From positions 119,474,001 through 119,538,000 of the forward strand of contig OZ024743.1 in assembly GCA_964016885.1 (NCBI GenBank): 64,000 nt of DNA, given 5' to 3'. This document shows positions 39,615 to 53,240 of the stretch, one piece after another. The stretch is from Eledone cirrhosa. Its lineage: Eukaryota. A model generated the notes under the pieces. That model made no database searches and was not told where the DNA came from. It saw nothing but the letters and a program-made list of their open reading frames with translations. A program made the translations under genes and the position numbers. Positions within the stretch are counted from its first letter, which is position 1; every line of letters begins with the position of its first letter.

Positions 39615-40014
39615 GTAGGTAAATTTGAGGAGGAGAGGGGTGCCCTTCCAAGGTGCTCTCGAAGCGTCGGGTCGTTCAGGACTGGTGGGGTACCTGAGCG
39701 AACCCTAGGTGGTCATCCCCCCTATTGGGGAATTTTTTAGTGTTGTAATATTATTGTTACTTTATTGTTACTTTGTAATTGTTACTTTGTTATTGTTATT
39801 CATATTGTTTACTCGATTTTTCTGTAAAACCCCACTGTCCCAGTCTTTTGTATTGTCCCCTATATGTCGGCCCTTGTGGCCAATAAATGAAATCATTATT
39901 ATTATTATTATTATTATTGTGTGTGTGTGTATAGCATATGGTTTCGGGTTTATTCCTACTGGTTTGCAAATAACATCTACTATAGCCTCAGATTCATTAA
40001 TTCCTTATAAGTAA

Positions 40015-40661
40015 AATTTCATACACACTTCTGTTATGCTTAAATGTCTTAGAACTACTGCCAATTAAATGTAACCAACCAAGTTTGCACTATATGTAAA
40101 CGAGTATATCCATTCTATATAGACTCTAGTCTATTTCCATGCCTGTACAGGTTGAGTGAATTTCACTGATGAAAGATTAACAAATCATGAAACAAATCTT
40201 GATATTCTCAAAACCTACTGACAATTTTTGATATATTCACACAAGAAAATAAAGATTTTTTCGTTACAAAAAAATATTTTTCTTTGATAGCAAAGCCGCA
40301 GATATTTTTAATGTATATAAACGTATAAAATATGTTTATATATGTGTTCATATACATCTCTATTATGCTCAATCGCTGTCTACTGATATTGCCAAGTAAA
40401 TATAGCCAGCTAAGTTTGCACTATATGCAAATGAGCATTTATAGCAAATGTTCATTACGTAAAATTCTATGCAGATATTAGAATATTCCTATGCATGTAC
40501 ATGTTGAATGAGATAAATCTAGAAACAGTGCTGTCTGACCTTCTTAAAACATATTCGTAACTGTGATATATTCACAGAGTGAAATAGAGAAAAGTAATTT
40601 TGTTTCGATACGAAAGAATATTTTTCTTTGATAGCGAGGCTACCCATATGTTTATTGTATA
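40015..40661. repeat. Diverged tandem repeat (units of about 330-345 bp) interrupted by the Helitron; resumes at 44354-44437
   Basis: ttcata(c/t)aca..tct.ttat..t.aa....tgccaa.taaa recurs at about 40018, 40348 and 44382. Confidence 0.75.
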
Positions 40662-43600
40662 CTAGCAGTTGCTCGGGTTTGTTCATTTGCTATGAAAAGT
40701 TACATACAGGCAAACGTGGCTTGAAAGCGAATAAGCTTATCAATTAAGTGCATAAAGCAGTTGAACCGGTTATTAAAAGTTACGAATCAATTAGCATTTT
40801 GGACAATCAATGATGGGTTAATAATCTTCCAATAGCGAATTTAGTAGACCAAAGTTGCAAGATGGTGGCCCTGATGCCGCTGGGTGTCAGATCTGTCCGC
40901 CATGGGTGACCATACCACGAAATAGTTTTCCAGACGGCATAGCTCCAACACCTCCAACACCTGCACCAACATCTATAGCACCTCTTTGTAGACGATATTG
41001 CGTGTCATCCCTTGAGGAGTGTAAGCAAAAAGTCTATTCCTGCTCCCTACGCGGGAACAGGCAACAAACAGTTAGCCATGGGAGGAGCATGGCTCCGCCA
41101 AATGGATGCCCGCCACCGACAATGTTTGCCCTTGTGACTTGTTAATGGACATGGTAAAACATGGTCTCACCGGGAATTGGGATCGCCGGAAATCAAACGG
41201 GATATCAGACGCGGAGGGGAAAAGGTTCATCCTTGGAATGAAAATAATTTCCCCTCTCCCGCCCCCCGTTACAATGGTGGCCTCAATCAAGTGGGGCGTC
41301 AGTGACTTGACGACCATGCGAGTACCGTTGCACTGCTTTGGTGGACGCAAGTTCCTTAATAGCATAATGGGACCGCCAACCCTAAGCTTAAGAATGTGAG
41401 GTGTGAGCACTTGGGGCTCAAGGGAATTTAATAACTCAACCGGATAATTAACGATATCGTTGAGGTCTGACGTCCGGTCGATAGATTTGAAGATGTGCTC
41501 TTTATCGGGAATCTTCTAAATCAGCTGCTCCTTAATAAAATTAACCATGGTATTTTTCGGAGCAAGGATGGCTCTTTCGCTGACCAATCGAGGTTTTTAA
41601 AGTTAGATGAGACATTAGGAAAAACTGCTTCCCAAAGGTCAGAAGGGCTGCTAACAATGTTGCACAGGGAGTCGATTGCTATACCGCCCTTATCATCAGC
41701 AGGGACCTTGCCCTCACTAGGTGCTAAACTGTTCTGAACAAATGCTGCTGATATGTTGTCACCATGCAAATGAGCACGCATATTTGTGCTCAGGTACAAA
41801 CTTTTCACCTGGAGCCACAACATGGACGTCTTAAGGCACGCACGCACTTCATCAGCTCTTGTCCCATTGGGGCTGACAGGCAGCGTTTGCCAAAAATCCC
41901 CTGATAGCAGAAGGGTTACGCCACTCTTAGGAGCCGTAGAATCCCTAATGTCTTTCAGGGTCCTGTCCAATGCCTCAAAGCACGCTTGTGTGCCATTGTG
42001 CACTCATCCCAAATAATGAGGCAACATTTTTTGAGAACCAGAGCTTCGTGTGAACTCTTGCTGATATTGCATGTTGGTGTCTCAGTTTTTACTAAATCCA
42101 AGGGGAGTTTAAAGCTTGAATGTGCTGTCCTGCCTCCCGGCAGCAAAGTAGCAGCAATCCCGGACGATGCAACGGCCAACGCAATTTTTTTCTCCTGACG
42201 AATCTTAGCGAGAATCAATTTCGTTACAAAAGTTTTCCGGTACCCTCAGGAGCATCGAGAAAGTAAATACCCCCAGTCTGATTTTGAACCGTGTCAATGA
42301 TAGTTAAATAGGCCAACCTTTGGTCCGACAGAAGTTTGGGCTCATTTTCCTCTAATTATTGGGAAAGAGATTCGATGTTATATGCTGTTTCCCGCGACAA
42401 ATCCGGGGCCAACGTGTTAAGCTTCCTCTCTGATGGTTGACGGCACGCCATACGTCGCCAACTCACTCCCACCCATGTCGAGGAGGCCGTCCTCGATATC
42501 AATGAGTGCCCTCTTGTAGATAATAACCAACTTCCACTGAAGGATACTGCAGATGAGCATGGCGCAGGAAGTCCTCAGACATGAAGTCTCTGTACTTGAC
42601 CCATAAAGATTTGGGATCACCCAATTCACACTTTTGAAACACAATGGCAAAGAGTTCCCGTAGACCTTTAGGTGATTTCAACAAAGCACCCCCTGCTAAA
42701 GTGGAATCCCATTGAGAATCATCTTCCCAAAGATCACACTTAAAGCAGGCTTCCCGGTACGTATCACATATTTCTCCATCAACAGTTTTGAGGTCTTGAA
42801 AACGTTGTGGGCCTACAACTTCATGCAGAAGAAGGCGGAGATGAAAGCACTCATGCTGACTTGGGGGCACAGTGTAAACCCTTCCAAGACAGCTGTCAAA
42901 TTTTACAACAGGATGTCTTTCAACAGCCTGGCCTGACTTTCTTCGCACCCAAGTGTTTTTCGACCATATAAAGTAGGATGGAACCTGGGGGTACACAATT
43001 GTTTGCGCAAATGTATCGAACTGGCAAAGTTCGAAGAAACCCGTCAGAGTGGTCTCTTTCGGATCAGCGGCCAACTTGGCGGCGGTTTGGTCCGTAAAGT
43101 AAACCCTTTGCCCAATTTCCAAATGTACCGCAAGCTGTACGATGGCGGGGTGCCGTTGGTGTAGGGGTAAACCAAATAGGCGCTAAAAAGCTTCATTGCT
43201 ACTGATGTACCACCCCGCCAGGTATTCTGTGACCTCGTCCCTGCTATTTTCAGCTTGAAATGCGAACATTGCGGCATCAGAGCCCTTATTTACATATTTG
43301 CATATGTATTTTATCGACTTGACGGAGTTGCAAAACTCAACGTTGATGTGGGCGTTGAACATCTTCAAGAGAAGCGGGCAGTAAGGGACCACCCATCTAT
43401 TGTCGACTTGACCTCCCTTTACTGTTGTGGTGAAGCGACCGTTCTCGGGCCATCTCTGCCTGTACAGAGGGTACCCGTTGCCACCAGTATGAGTCTGTTC
43501 AACAAATTTTTGGGGGTATCCCTTACACTTTCAGACACGTGTGATGCTCATTAGGACTCGACGCACACGGACCATGTTAGCTTTGTCGATGTCATATAAT

Positions 43601-44353
43601 TCCTGGTCAGTTGCTGGGTTAGCGATTTCAGCCGAAATGAAGCTGTCTATGGCATTTGTATTGATTTTATCAGCTAACCAAATCAAAATGTGAGCATGTG
43701 GCAGCCCTCGTTTTTGCCATTCGACGGTGAACATGTCACATTTTACAGCCCCAAATACCTGACCCTTTTTGATTAAAGCTATGAGTTTAGCCAGTTTTAT
43801 TCTGAACACTCTGGCAATGAGGTCATATCTGTTCGAATGATTTTGCCCAGAAAAAAGTTCACGGGTTACATTCCGATTCATATGTCGATAGCATTAATCT
43901 GTTATATGAAGTGTTATTTTGCGGGTTGTTATTTGCAATAAGCCGATTGAAAATGCCCTAGATAAGCCGTATGTCAATACGGAACGCTCCACTGCAGTGT
44001 TGTCATATAGGGAGTGAATAATGACAGAGAGAGTAAAGCAGTTAAATTATAGAGAGGGGGAATATACGGAACGCTCCATTTGATCATAAAGATTGTTTCT
44101 CTCTCTGCAGTGTTGTTATATAGGGAGTGAAGAGTAACAGAGAGAGTAAAGCAGTTAAATTATAGAGAGGGGGAATGATCATTTTCGATTTTTGCCCTTA
44201 TTGTTGATGGGTTTTAAATTTATTTTGCTTCGTGACCTTTTCCTGACCAAAAGCAATAATTGTTCCGATTTTGAATAGAATCCGTTGGAAATTGTGGACG
44301 TGAATCCGTTACAAACCTTAACACACACATCCTCAGATTTATATATATATAGA
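40662..44353 (-). mobile_element. Helitron (internally deleted and decayed), 3.7 kb
   Basis: Minus strand begins a|TCTATATATATATAAATC at 44353 and ends ..gcaactgCTAG|t at 40662, i.e. an A^T target with no TSD. Confidence 0.9.
41050..43881 (-). pseudogene. Helitron Rep (HUH) / PIF1-like helicase fragments
   Basis: VEWQKRGLPHAHILIWL, VPYCPLLLKMFNAHINVE..SIKYICKYVNKGSD, VASSGIAATLLPGGRTAHS, IIWDECTM, GDFWQTLPV, IMLLRNL..CNGTR, MSINKSQGQTL. Confidence 0.95.
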
Positions 44354-44436
44354 TGAATGTGTCACTTATATCTATATATGTTTTCATATACACCTCTATT
44401 ATTCTTAAACGCTGTCGTAGTGCAATTGCCAATTAA

Positions 44437-44497
<61 letters not shown>

Positions 44498-44537
44498 ATT
44501 AAATAAATGGAAAACTATATTTATAAAACCATATCTA

Positions 44538-44599
44538 TTTCATTATATATATTTCGGGGATATCATATTAACAATATGCTATGCCTTCATCAGACAAAA
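44538..44599 (-). ncRNA. Type I hammerhead ribozyme motif
   Basis: ttttgt-CTGATGA-a-ggcatagcatatt-gtt-aatatgatatcccc-GAA-ATATATAT-A-atgaaa. Confidence 0.7.
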
Positions 44600-44781
44600 T
44601 ACAATATAAACAGTTTTATAGATAAATATATTCGACATACCGTAATAAACATCAACTATATATATATATATATATATTAATTAAAATAACAGACTAAATA
44701 TTTGCTCTACGGTTCTTATATATTTGATATATATTTATCCTTATCGAGCCCTCTTTCGATTTTAGTCTTCAAATTTATAAT

Positions 44782-45040
44782 TACGGGGTCGATAAAATAA
44801 AGTACCAGTAATGTACTGGGTAATTGCTGGTCTTGTGCCTAAAATAGAAACAATTACTATATATACCGGTGGATTGGCAGTATCGGTAGAGGCTTTGACG
44901 CATAGAGTTACGGCCCTTTCCATTCTGAGTTCAAATCCCGCCGAGGTCAACTTTGCCTTTCATCCTTACGGGGTCGATAAAATAAAGTACCAGTAATGTA
45001 CCGGGTAATTGCTGGCCTTGTGCCCAAAGTAGAAACAATT
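44782..45040 (+). mobile_element. SINE 3' half followed by a full SINE
   Basis: Core and tail at 44782-44857; A/B boxes, core and tail at 44868-45040. Confidence 0.88.
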
Positions 45041-45045
45041 ATTAT

Positions 45046-45076
<31 letters not shown>

Positions 45077-45213
45077 ACAAAAGAATTGTGGTAAGGAACC
45101 AGATGGACCATAACGCACCAGAGTACTCAATACTTATGGTAGTAGAGTGGGAAATAGGTAAAAGTATGACCTCGACGGCAGAGCTCAAGCCGTTTCGACG
45201 GCTATTTCTGGAC

Positions 45214-45283
<70 letters not shown>

Positions 45284-45420
45284 GCGAAGGAAAAGTGGTA
45301 AGGAACCAGGTGGACCATAACGCACCAGAGTACTCAATACTTATGGTAGTAGAGTGGGAAATAGGTAAAAGTATGACCTCGACGGCAGAGCTCAAGCCGT
45401 TTCGACGGCTATTTCTGGAC

Positions 45421-45476
<56 letters not shown>

Positions 45477-45671
45477 GCGAAGGAAAAGTGGTAAGGAACC
45501 AGGTGGACCATAACGCACCAAAGTACTCAATACTTAGGGTAGTAGAGTGGGTAATAGGAGTAAGTAAGACCCCGACGGCTGAGCTCAAGCCGTTTCGACG
45601 GCTAATTCTGTACTGAGTACAGAATTAGCCGTCGAAACGGCTTGAGCTCAGCCGTCGGGGTCTTACTTACT

Positions 45672-45675
<4 letters not shown>
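45077..45675 (-). mobile_element. Three tandem copies of cassette family A (about 138 bp); the third has a fold-back arm
   Basis: Copies at 45077-45214, 45284-45421 and 45477-45614, plus inverted arm 45616-45675; separated by (TA)(CA)n(TA). Confidence 0.85.
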
Positions 45676-45706
<31 letters not shown>

Positions 45707-46048
45707 CTGATTATAACGAATGATAACTAAAATTGTACAAATAGAAGTAACGGTCTGTTGAAATTGAGAACACGTTTTAACTTGCCGGAACGTAGAATCG
45801 TATAATTATTGTTCCACGGTTTGAAGAACAGCCATTAGGTTACCTGTAATTAAGAAACGAGAGGTGCGAATTGCAATAAACAAAAGGTGGGTGAAAGAAT
45901 GAGAGTATGTGTGATGCCTGACGGAGTGGAAAGTCAATAGAAAAGCAAATAAATGCAAAGTACCTTGGCATGTGGTGAATGTATACTAACGCATACATAC
46001 ATAGATACATATACATGAATATATATATACATATATATATATACAGAT

Positions 46049-46098
<50 letters not shown>

Positions 46099-46679
46099 AT
46101 GTTTACCAGTGTACGTCGATTATATATATATATGCATATATGTATGTATGTAAATAAAATAGGGTAAGTCGTAGATGAGAGGAAGATGAAGAAAGAAAGA
46201 AGCGAGGACCTTAGGTGAGCAAAATGGAAGCCGTTTGGTCGAAGAGTTCGATGTAAGAAGGAAGGAAAATATAACGGTTGAGGAGAGAAATGAGTGATGT
46301 AAAGATAACAGTTATCTGACAGATGGATAGCATATTGTTTATTTTGTCTATTTTCCTATATTAGCCCGCACCACCTCTCCTCTTTATGTGTTCATAATGA
46401 ATGGAGGTAAGTGCATGTATTTTGTGTTTAAGTTCTCGGCGTGAAGTGAAACACAACACATCAGCCTAACTTATCGACTAATTATCTTAAGTCAAATATT
46501 AGTATCATTAAACTTGTTTATCATATATCTTTGCACTTACCATTACTATCCTGTTCTCATTCTATTCAATCTCCTTCAATATCAATCTATTAACAGAACT
46601 CACATCGTTTTTATGTTTATTTGTTTTGCCTTGTTTGTTTATTGGTTGTTTTTTCTTGCCAACTTGTTGTTGGACCTCC

Positions 46680-46960
46680 GTCAGTTTCAATGATGAGTAT
46701 TTCCATTGATGCTTTCACAGCAGCTTGCTCGTAAAATTCACAAGCAGTTACAGAAGTATTCTACATGTGTACCCTTAACGTAATTGGCAGGAAGATTCTG
46801 CGTGATACAATGGCTGGCTTTTTAAATTAAGGGTATTACTCAGTTTTGCCAGTTGAAGGGGCTGTATAAAATGTGAAATAAAATGTCTTAACCAATTACA
46901 CAACAGGAATCGAATTCCCGACCTATCGTAAGCTAGTCATCCCTAACCGGCATTCAGCAC
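46680..46960 (-). mobile_element. Old copy of the second (CORE-like) SINE family
   Basis: Diverged similarity to 59090-59410 (cagcttgctcgtaaaatt..gtacccttaacgta..ggaatcgaa). Confidence 0.6.
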
Positions 46961-47898
46961 ACATCTTTATTGTAACCAAGTTGGTAAAAGTGGCTTTTAA
47001 ACCAGGCAGCGAAATAACCACATCACAGTTATGTTGTTTTGTTGTTGAGGAGGAAGCTCTATTATTATTTTTATTTAACCCCAGGTTAAAAGAAATTGCG
47101 CAGACCTATAATTCCTGCCATGACTATATCATATTTTACCTTCGTACAGGAAACGCAGGACTATATTATCCAAGGTGTCCTTTTTTAAGACGCTGGAGGA
47201 TATTATTTAACAGTCACTCTGCATGCTAGAAACAACAGCAAAACACTCTCTCAAAGAAAGAACGAATTTGCACAGTGTACTCCTAATAAGTAGCAGGATA
47301 AAAACTAATACGATGTTTATGGCTGCAATTGTTTCATCATATGTTTGCCTAACAGGGCTCACCTAATTTTTATGGTTTTATCATTTTCTGGACCGTTGTT
47401 ACAGAGCTTGTTTACTTCCCATCATCTAAGTTAAAGGCTTCATGGAATCAAATTTGTGAAATGAAGACAACTAGCTATCTTGGAAAGGCGGCGAATTGGC
47501 TGAACCGTTAGTGCGTTGGGTAGAATGTCTGAAGGCATTTATATGGGTTCTCTGTGTTCAAATCTCACCGATATTAACTTCGTCTTTCATCATTATGAAG
47601 TCAATAAATGAAGTACCAGGAAACTCCTATGGTAGATGTTCTCTCTCACTCCATCATACTTATGAATATAGTAAAGCGTTGGACAAAATATTATGCGATA
47701 TTTGATGCGGTTTTCTGTAATCTGAATTAAAATTCCACCGAAGTCAATTTTCATTCCTCGGAGACTGAGAAAACCAGTCAAATTCTGCCATCGATTTAAT
47801 CAACTTTCCTTCCCGTATTATAATTCCTCTATCTGCACCTATGTTAGAAACCTTGATTTTCCTTCTATTTGTCCTCCAAACCTTCAAATCTTAATAAT

Positions 47899-48084
47899 TG
47901 TTTCTACTTTAGGCACAAGGCCAGCAAATTAACCAGTGCATTACTGGTACTTTATTTTATCGACCCTGTATGTATGAAAGGCAAAATCAACCTCGGCGGG
48001 ATTTGAACTCAGATCGTAAAGGGACGTAACTATGCTGCAAAGCATGGCGTCCGACCCTCTACCGATACTGCCAATCCACCGCCC
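47899..48084 (-). mobile_element. Full tRNA-derived SINE with a 17-bp TSD
   Basis: cttcaaatcttaataat at about 47882-47898 and 48086-48102. Confidence 0.9.
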
Positions 48085-48132
48085 TCTTCAAATCTTAATA
48101 ATATTTTTCAAGTAGTAGTAGTAGTGGTGGTG

Positions 48133-48203
<71 letters not shown>

Positions 48204-48674
48204 TGTTGTTGTTGTTGTTGTATTTTAACGCCAGATTATCTCATTTATATGATCCTATGATCAAAGACGTTTCAGCAATGACCATACCAGCTTATGTTTT
48301 AATCCTAGGATCACATGATTTGGGTCTCATTCTCTTATGAATAGACGCTGATAGGTTGCGTTGTTCGAGGGAGGTTTGGTTGCTATTTTGGGTATATAGC
48401 CACGTATTGAGAGAGACAAATTTGTGAGCTCCATATAGTAGTAGTAATTGCTTTCGTTTAAACCTAGCTCAGATCTAATCAATCTCATCTATAATCAAAG
48501 ACGTTCCAGCCATGACCATTCCCAGCTTTCTTTTAAATCTAGAATCACGTAATACAAGGTTTTTTCCCTTTTGTATAGAGGGTAGTAAAGTTTGTGTTTC
48601 CAGGGAGATTTACCTGTTATTTCTGGTCCGTCAAACATCAACATAGAATGAAAGACCCTGTGAGCTCATCTTCC

Positions 48675-48724
<50 letters not shown>

Positions 48725-48811
48725 TATAGTCTCTTTCTTACGTGTCCTCCTGAATACTCTGTGTACTCAGAGAGTTATAAAACAATAGCTATGAATTGAG
48801 AAAAGTTAGCC

Positions 48812-48813
<2 letters not shown>

Positions 48814-48860
<47 letters not shown>

Positions 48861-48865
48861 TTCAA

Positions 48866-48898
<33 letters not shown>

Positions 48899-48999
48899 TA
48901 TATTTAATAAATATTTGCTCTTCCGTTCTTATATATTTGATATATATTTTCCTTATCGAGCCCTCTTTGGATTTTAGTCTTCAATTTTATTATTATTAC

Positions 49000-49086
<87 letters not shown>

Positions 49087-49091
49087 TTCAA

Positions 49092-49148
<57 letters not shown>

Positions 49149-49150
49149 TT

Positions 49151-49192
<42 letters not shown>

Positions 49193-49196
49193 TTTT

Positions 49197-49236
<40 letters not shown>

Positions 49237-49272
49237 TTTTCAAATATATATATATATATATATATCACTTTT

Positions 49273-49316
<44 letters not shown>

Positions 49317-49352
49317 TTTTCAAATATATATATATATATATATATCACTTTT

Positions 49353-49390
<38 letters not shown>

Positions 49391-49410
49391 TTTTCAAATA
49401 TATATATATA
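48814..49410. repeat. Compound array: (TA)n punctuated about 10 times by TC(C/A)CTTTTCAAA
   Basis: Direct reading. Confidence 0.92.
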
Positions 49411-49608
49411 TATGTGTATATACGTATGTGTATATATGGATGTGTATATATATATATGTGTGTGTGTAGATATATGTGTGTGTATATATAGGTATATATG
49501 TGTATGATTATATTCTTTGTATATGTGCATGCTTATAACAAAATGACCAATTGTATGACCAATTGTGTATCCTTATATGGCCTTGTGTATATATTCTATT
49601 TGTGTATA

Positions 49609-49663
<55 letters not shown>

Positions 49664-49928
49664 ATGGGTGTGTGTGTATGTATGTATATGTATGTGTGTG
49701 TGTGTGTGTATGTGTATATATATCATTGTAGGCGTGCGTGGGCCTGTATGTGAATATGCGCATATGTGTATGAGCGTATATGAGCCGGTGTGTGTGTGTG
49801 CGTGTGTGTGTGTACAAGCACATAATGTAGCGAAAGAGCGTGTTAGTGTGTATTTGTGTGTCTGTGTGTATAGATAGATATATATGTGTGTGTGTATGTG
49901 TGTGTATATATATGTATTTCTGTATATG

Positions 49929-49983
<55 letters not shown>

Positions 49984-50004
49984 TTGTGTATATATGTGTG
50001 TATA

Positions 50005-50125
<121 letters not shown>

Positions 50126-50268
50126 GTGCGAGTCTGTATCTGTGTCTGTATATGGGCATGTAGGCAGGCGTCTGTGTATGTCTATAGTTCTTTTTTTATA
50201 TGTCCTCCTTAAGTAAGTGTGTGTGTGTGTATAGCGGGAGTCTATGCGTACAGATGTTGTTTTCTTTG

Positions 50269-50327
<59 letters not shown>

Positions 50328-50506
50328 GTGTGTGTTTGTGTATATGTGTGTGTGAGTGCGGGCATGGACGTGTAAACTACCAAACCCAGTAGTAACTCAT
50401 CGAAGTGTGGCAGAATGGTCAGCCGAATTGGCATCTGTTGGTCAGATTTACTATGACGTTGAAAAGCAGCAGCCAATAACGGGACGCGCGAAGAGGGTGC
50501 TTTGTG

Positions 50507-50602
50507 ACGCCAACACCCCAATGAAAGTTTTGGCGCCAACAGCCCAGTGAAAGTTTTGGCGCCAACAGCCCAGTGAAAGTTTTGGCGCCAACAGCCCAGT
50601 GA
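50507..50602. repeat. 26-bp minisatellite, about 3.7 copies
   Basis: tgaaagttttggcgccaacagcccag repeated. Confidence 0.92.
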
Positions 50603-50948
50603 GATAATTTGCTCCGAAAGCATTTGATGTGTCCGACGATCCCGCAGATCCAGAGTCAGACGAGATCCATGCAATGATCGTATCTCGAGCTGTCCGCCGG
50701 CAAAACAGTTGTAACACACAATAAATTGATTTCAGATGCATTACTGATTTTTCGTTTTATATTATATATAATGCCTTCTTAACCACTTTTTCAGTTTGTA
50801 TGGCGTTTTAACATATTGTTTAGCTCTGGTTTTTTAACTATTGAGCGCTTGCCAGCATTTCTACGATTTTGCGTTTCGTTTCGCTTTTTCTACTAGCCGA
50901 AATACGATTCTCGCTGAATTATATTTTTATATATATATATATCCTTTC

Positions 50949-51017
<69 letters not shown>

Positions 51018-51018
<1 letters not shown>

Positions 51019-51218
51019 CGAAGGAGATGTGGTAAGGAACCAGATGGACCATAACGCACCAAAGTACTCAATACTTAGGGTAGTAGAGTGGGTAATAGGA
51101 ACGAGTAGGACCCCGACGGCTGAGCTCAAGCCGTTTCGACGGGTAATTCTGGACTAATCTAGTCTAGAATTCCGTCGAAACGGCTTGAGCTCAGCCGTCG
51201 GGGTCCTACTCGTTCCTA
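51018..51218 (-). mobile_element. Cassette family A with a fold-back arm
   Basis: Same sequence as 45477-45675; axis near 51157; TA-flanked. Confidence 0.85.
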
Positions 51219-51454
51219 TATATATATATATATATATATATTAAGTAAGAATATTTTCGAAACAGTGAGTTGGTTTGAAATTATTAGAAATGTAAGCTGT
51301 CGCCGTATTTTGTCTAAAGAAATTAAAGAAATTATTTAGCCTGATAGTGGGGTTAAAAACCCTCGGAGAAATGGAAATAGATGAGTATTGACGTATATAT
51401 ATATACTCCTATTAATTCTTTTTAATTTTTAAGTTTTATTTCAATACTTAACTT

Positions 51455-51492
51455 TTGATGAGATGAATTTTAATAATACATCGAAACCGGTA
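51455..51492 (+). ncRNA. Degenerate hammerhead motif
   Basis: tTGATGA-gatg...catc-GAA-ACCGGT-A; C3 mutated and stem I poor. Confidence 0.5.
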
Positions 51493-51701
51493 ATACTTTA
51501 TATACTTTACATACGTTATATAACTTTTTTTTAAAAAGAATTGTCCCTCTCATTTTTTCAATAATGTTATCGTTTCAATAATGTCACTTTGACGAAACAA
51601 ATAAGAAAAACAGACCCTTAAATATATTTTCCTTGCTATTTCTAACTTCACCTTTTCTCTATATCCACTGTTTTGTATAGAACCTTACTTCCCTTTTTCT
51701 A

Positions 51702-51750
<49 letters not shown>

Positions 51751-52774
51751 GGTCTATATAAAGGTCCCCAGCTTGTATTACCACCTGGGGACCTTTTTAG
51801 TCCATTCACTTTTGTTCTCCTTACTCAACCATGACGTAACATAGCCGCCATAGATCCAAAAGCAGGTACACAAAATCTATGAAGCGAATTATAAGTTTTG
51901 AGTTTGAATCAATGTTTTCGTAACACCTCATTCGTTCATATCTTACATTATTGCTACACTGTCAATTTTTTTCTCATTTATAATGTTTTTACCTGCTCTT
52001 TCTAGTACTCCCTTTTCTTTATTTTAGTTTTTTTTCTTTTGTGTGTGTGTTATATCTTTCTACCTATGAAAAGAATTTTTATTGAATGCCACCCTATAAA
52101 ATGTTTTTGTTTATTTATTTCATTTGTTTACTGTTTCTCAAGTGTCTGTCTATTTATCTAGCTGGATATCGCCCTCTATCTCTCCATATATATAGATGTA
52201 TGTATACAGTTACACACACATACAGAGCGCGTGATCACACACATGTATGTATGTATTTATGTATGTATGTATATATGTATGTATGTATGCATATCTAAAT
52301 AAATATATATATATATGTATGTATGTATGTATGTAACCTAATAGATCGAAGGTATCACGAAACAACCATTTTATGCTAGATCTGTCTGGGCAATGATAAT
52401 TTAATATCTTCCTCCCAACCTCTAACTTTCTCAGTGTTGACAAGCTGGCCAGTACTAGAACATCAGCTATTTATAGACATCCACATAAGAATCTCTCAAA
52501 CTTCAGACAATAAAAACGGAATCTATTTATGTATCTTTTTATCTTTCTATCTATATACCTCACTGTTAATATATATATATATCATTCCAACTATATATCT
52601 ACTTAACTATCTATCTATCGACTTATATATATGCCTGGATGTCTATTTGTCTATCTATCTATCTGTGGACAAGGAAAAATATCAACAATGAGAGCTTAAA
52701 TGGTGTTAACATAAAACATGAATGGCACCGCCGGTAACCTGAACAATTTTATGTAATGTCGTTACAAAGGAACA

Positions 52775-52807
<33 letters not shown>

Positions 52808-52808
<1 letters not shown>

Positions 52809-52995
52809 CGAAGGAAATGTGGTAAGGAACCAGGTGGACCATAACGCACCAAAGTACTCAATACTTAGGGTAGTAGAGTGGGTAATAGGAACAAGTAAGA
52901 CCCTGACGGCTGAGCTCAAGCCGTTTCGACGGCTAATTCAGTACAGAATTAGCCGTCGAAACGGCTTGAGCTCAGCCGTCGGGGTCTTACTTGTT

Positions 52996-52999
<4 letters not shown>
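52808..52999 (-). mobile_element. Cassette family A with a fold-back arm
   Basis: Axis near 52940; TA-flanked. Confidence 0.85.
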
Positions 53000-53051
<52 letters not shown>

Positions 53052-53054
53052 TAA

Positions 53055-53240
53055 GTTATTCCGGGTTCAATCGGGGGTAACCACAGTAAGTAAGGTACTC
53101 AATACATAGCAGAGTATAAATATTTTAATATAGAAAAGCTTCTACAGGACTAGAACTGTTTCATTCGTGAGAAATCATCAGGAAGCTTCCTGATGATTTC
53201 TCAAGAATGAGACAGTTCTAGTCCTGTAAAAGCCTTTCTC
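53055..53240. mobile_element. Fold-back cassette family B, second copy
   Basis: gtttcattcgtgagaaatcatcagg-aagctt-cctgatgatttctcaagaatgagac; axis 53185/53186. Confidence 0.8.

Larger units (their letters stand above)
34017..39894 (+). mobile_element. Second full-length Tx1/L1-clade element (different subfamily, about 5.9 kb) inserted in (TTA)n
   Basis: ORF1 and ORF2 homologous to 13711-19746. 3' end cccttgtggccaataaatgaaatc followed by (ATT)n at 39895-39918; (ATT)n also at the 5' side. Confidence 0.95.

Noticed and set aside
45077-45675. Repeat-spacer appearance resembling CRISPR (also 48814-49410)
   Set aside because: Spacers are microsatellites, repeat lengths are wrong, there are no cas genes, and the context is eukaryotic.
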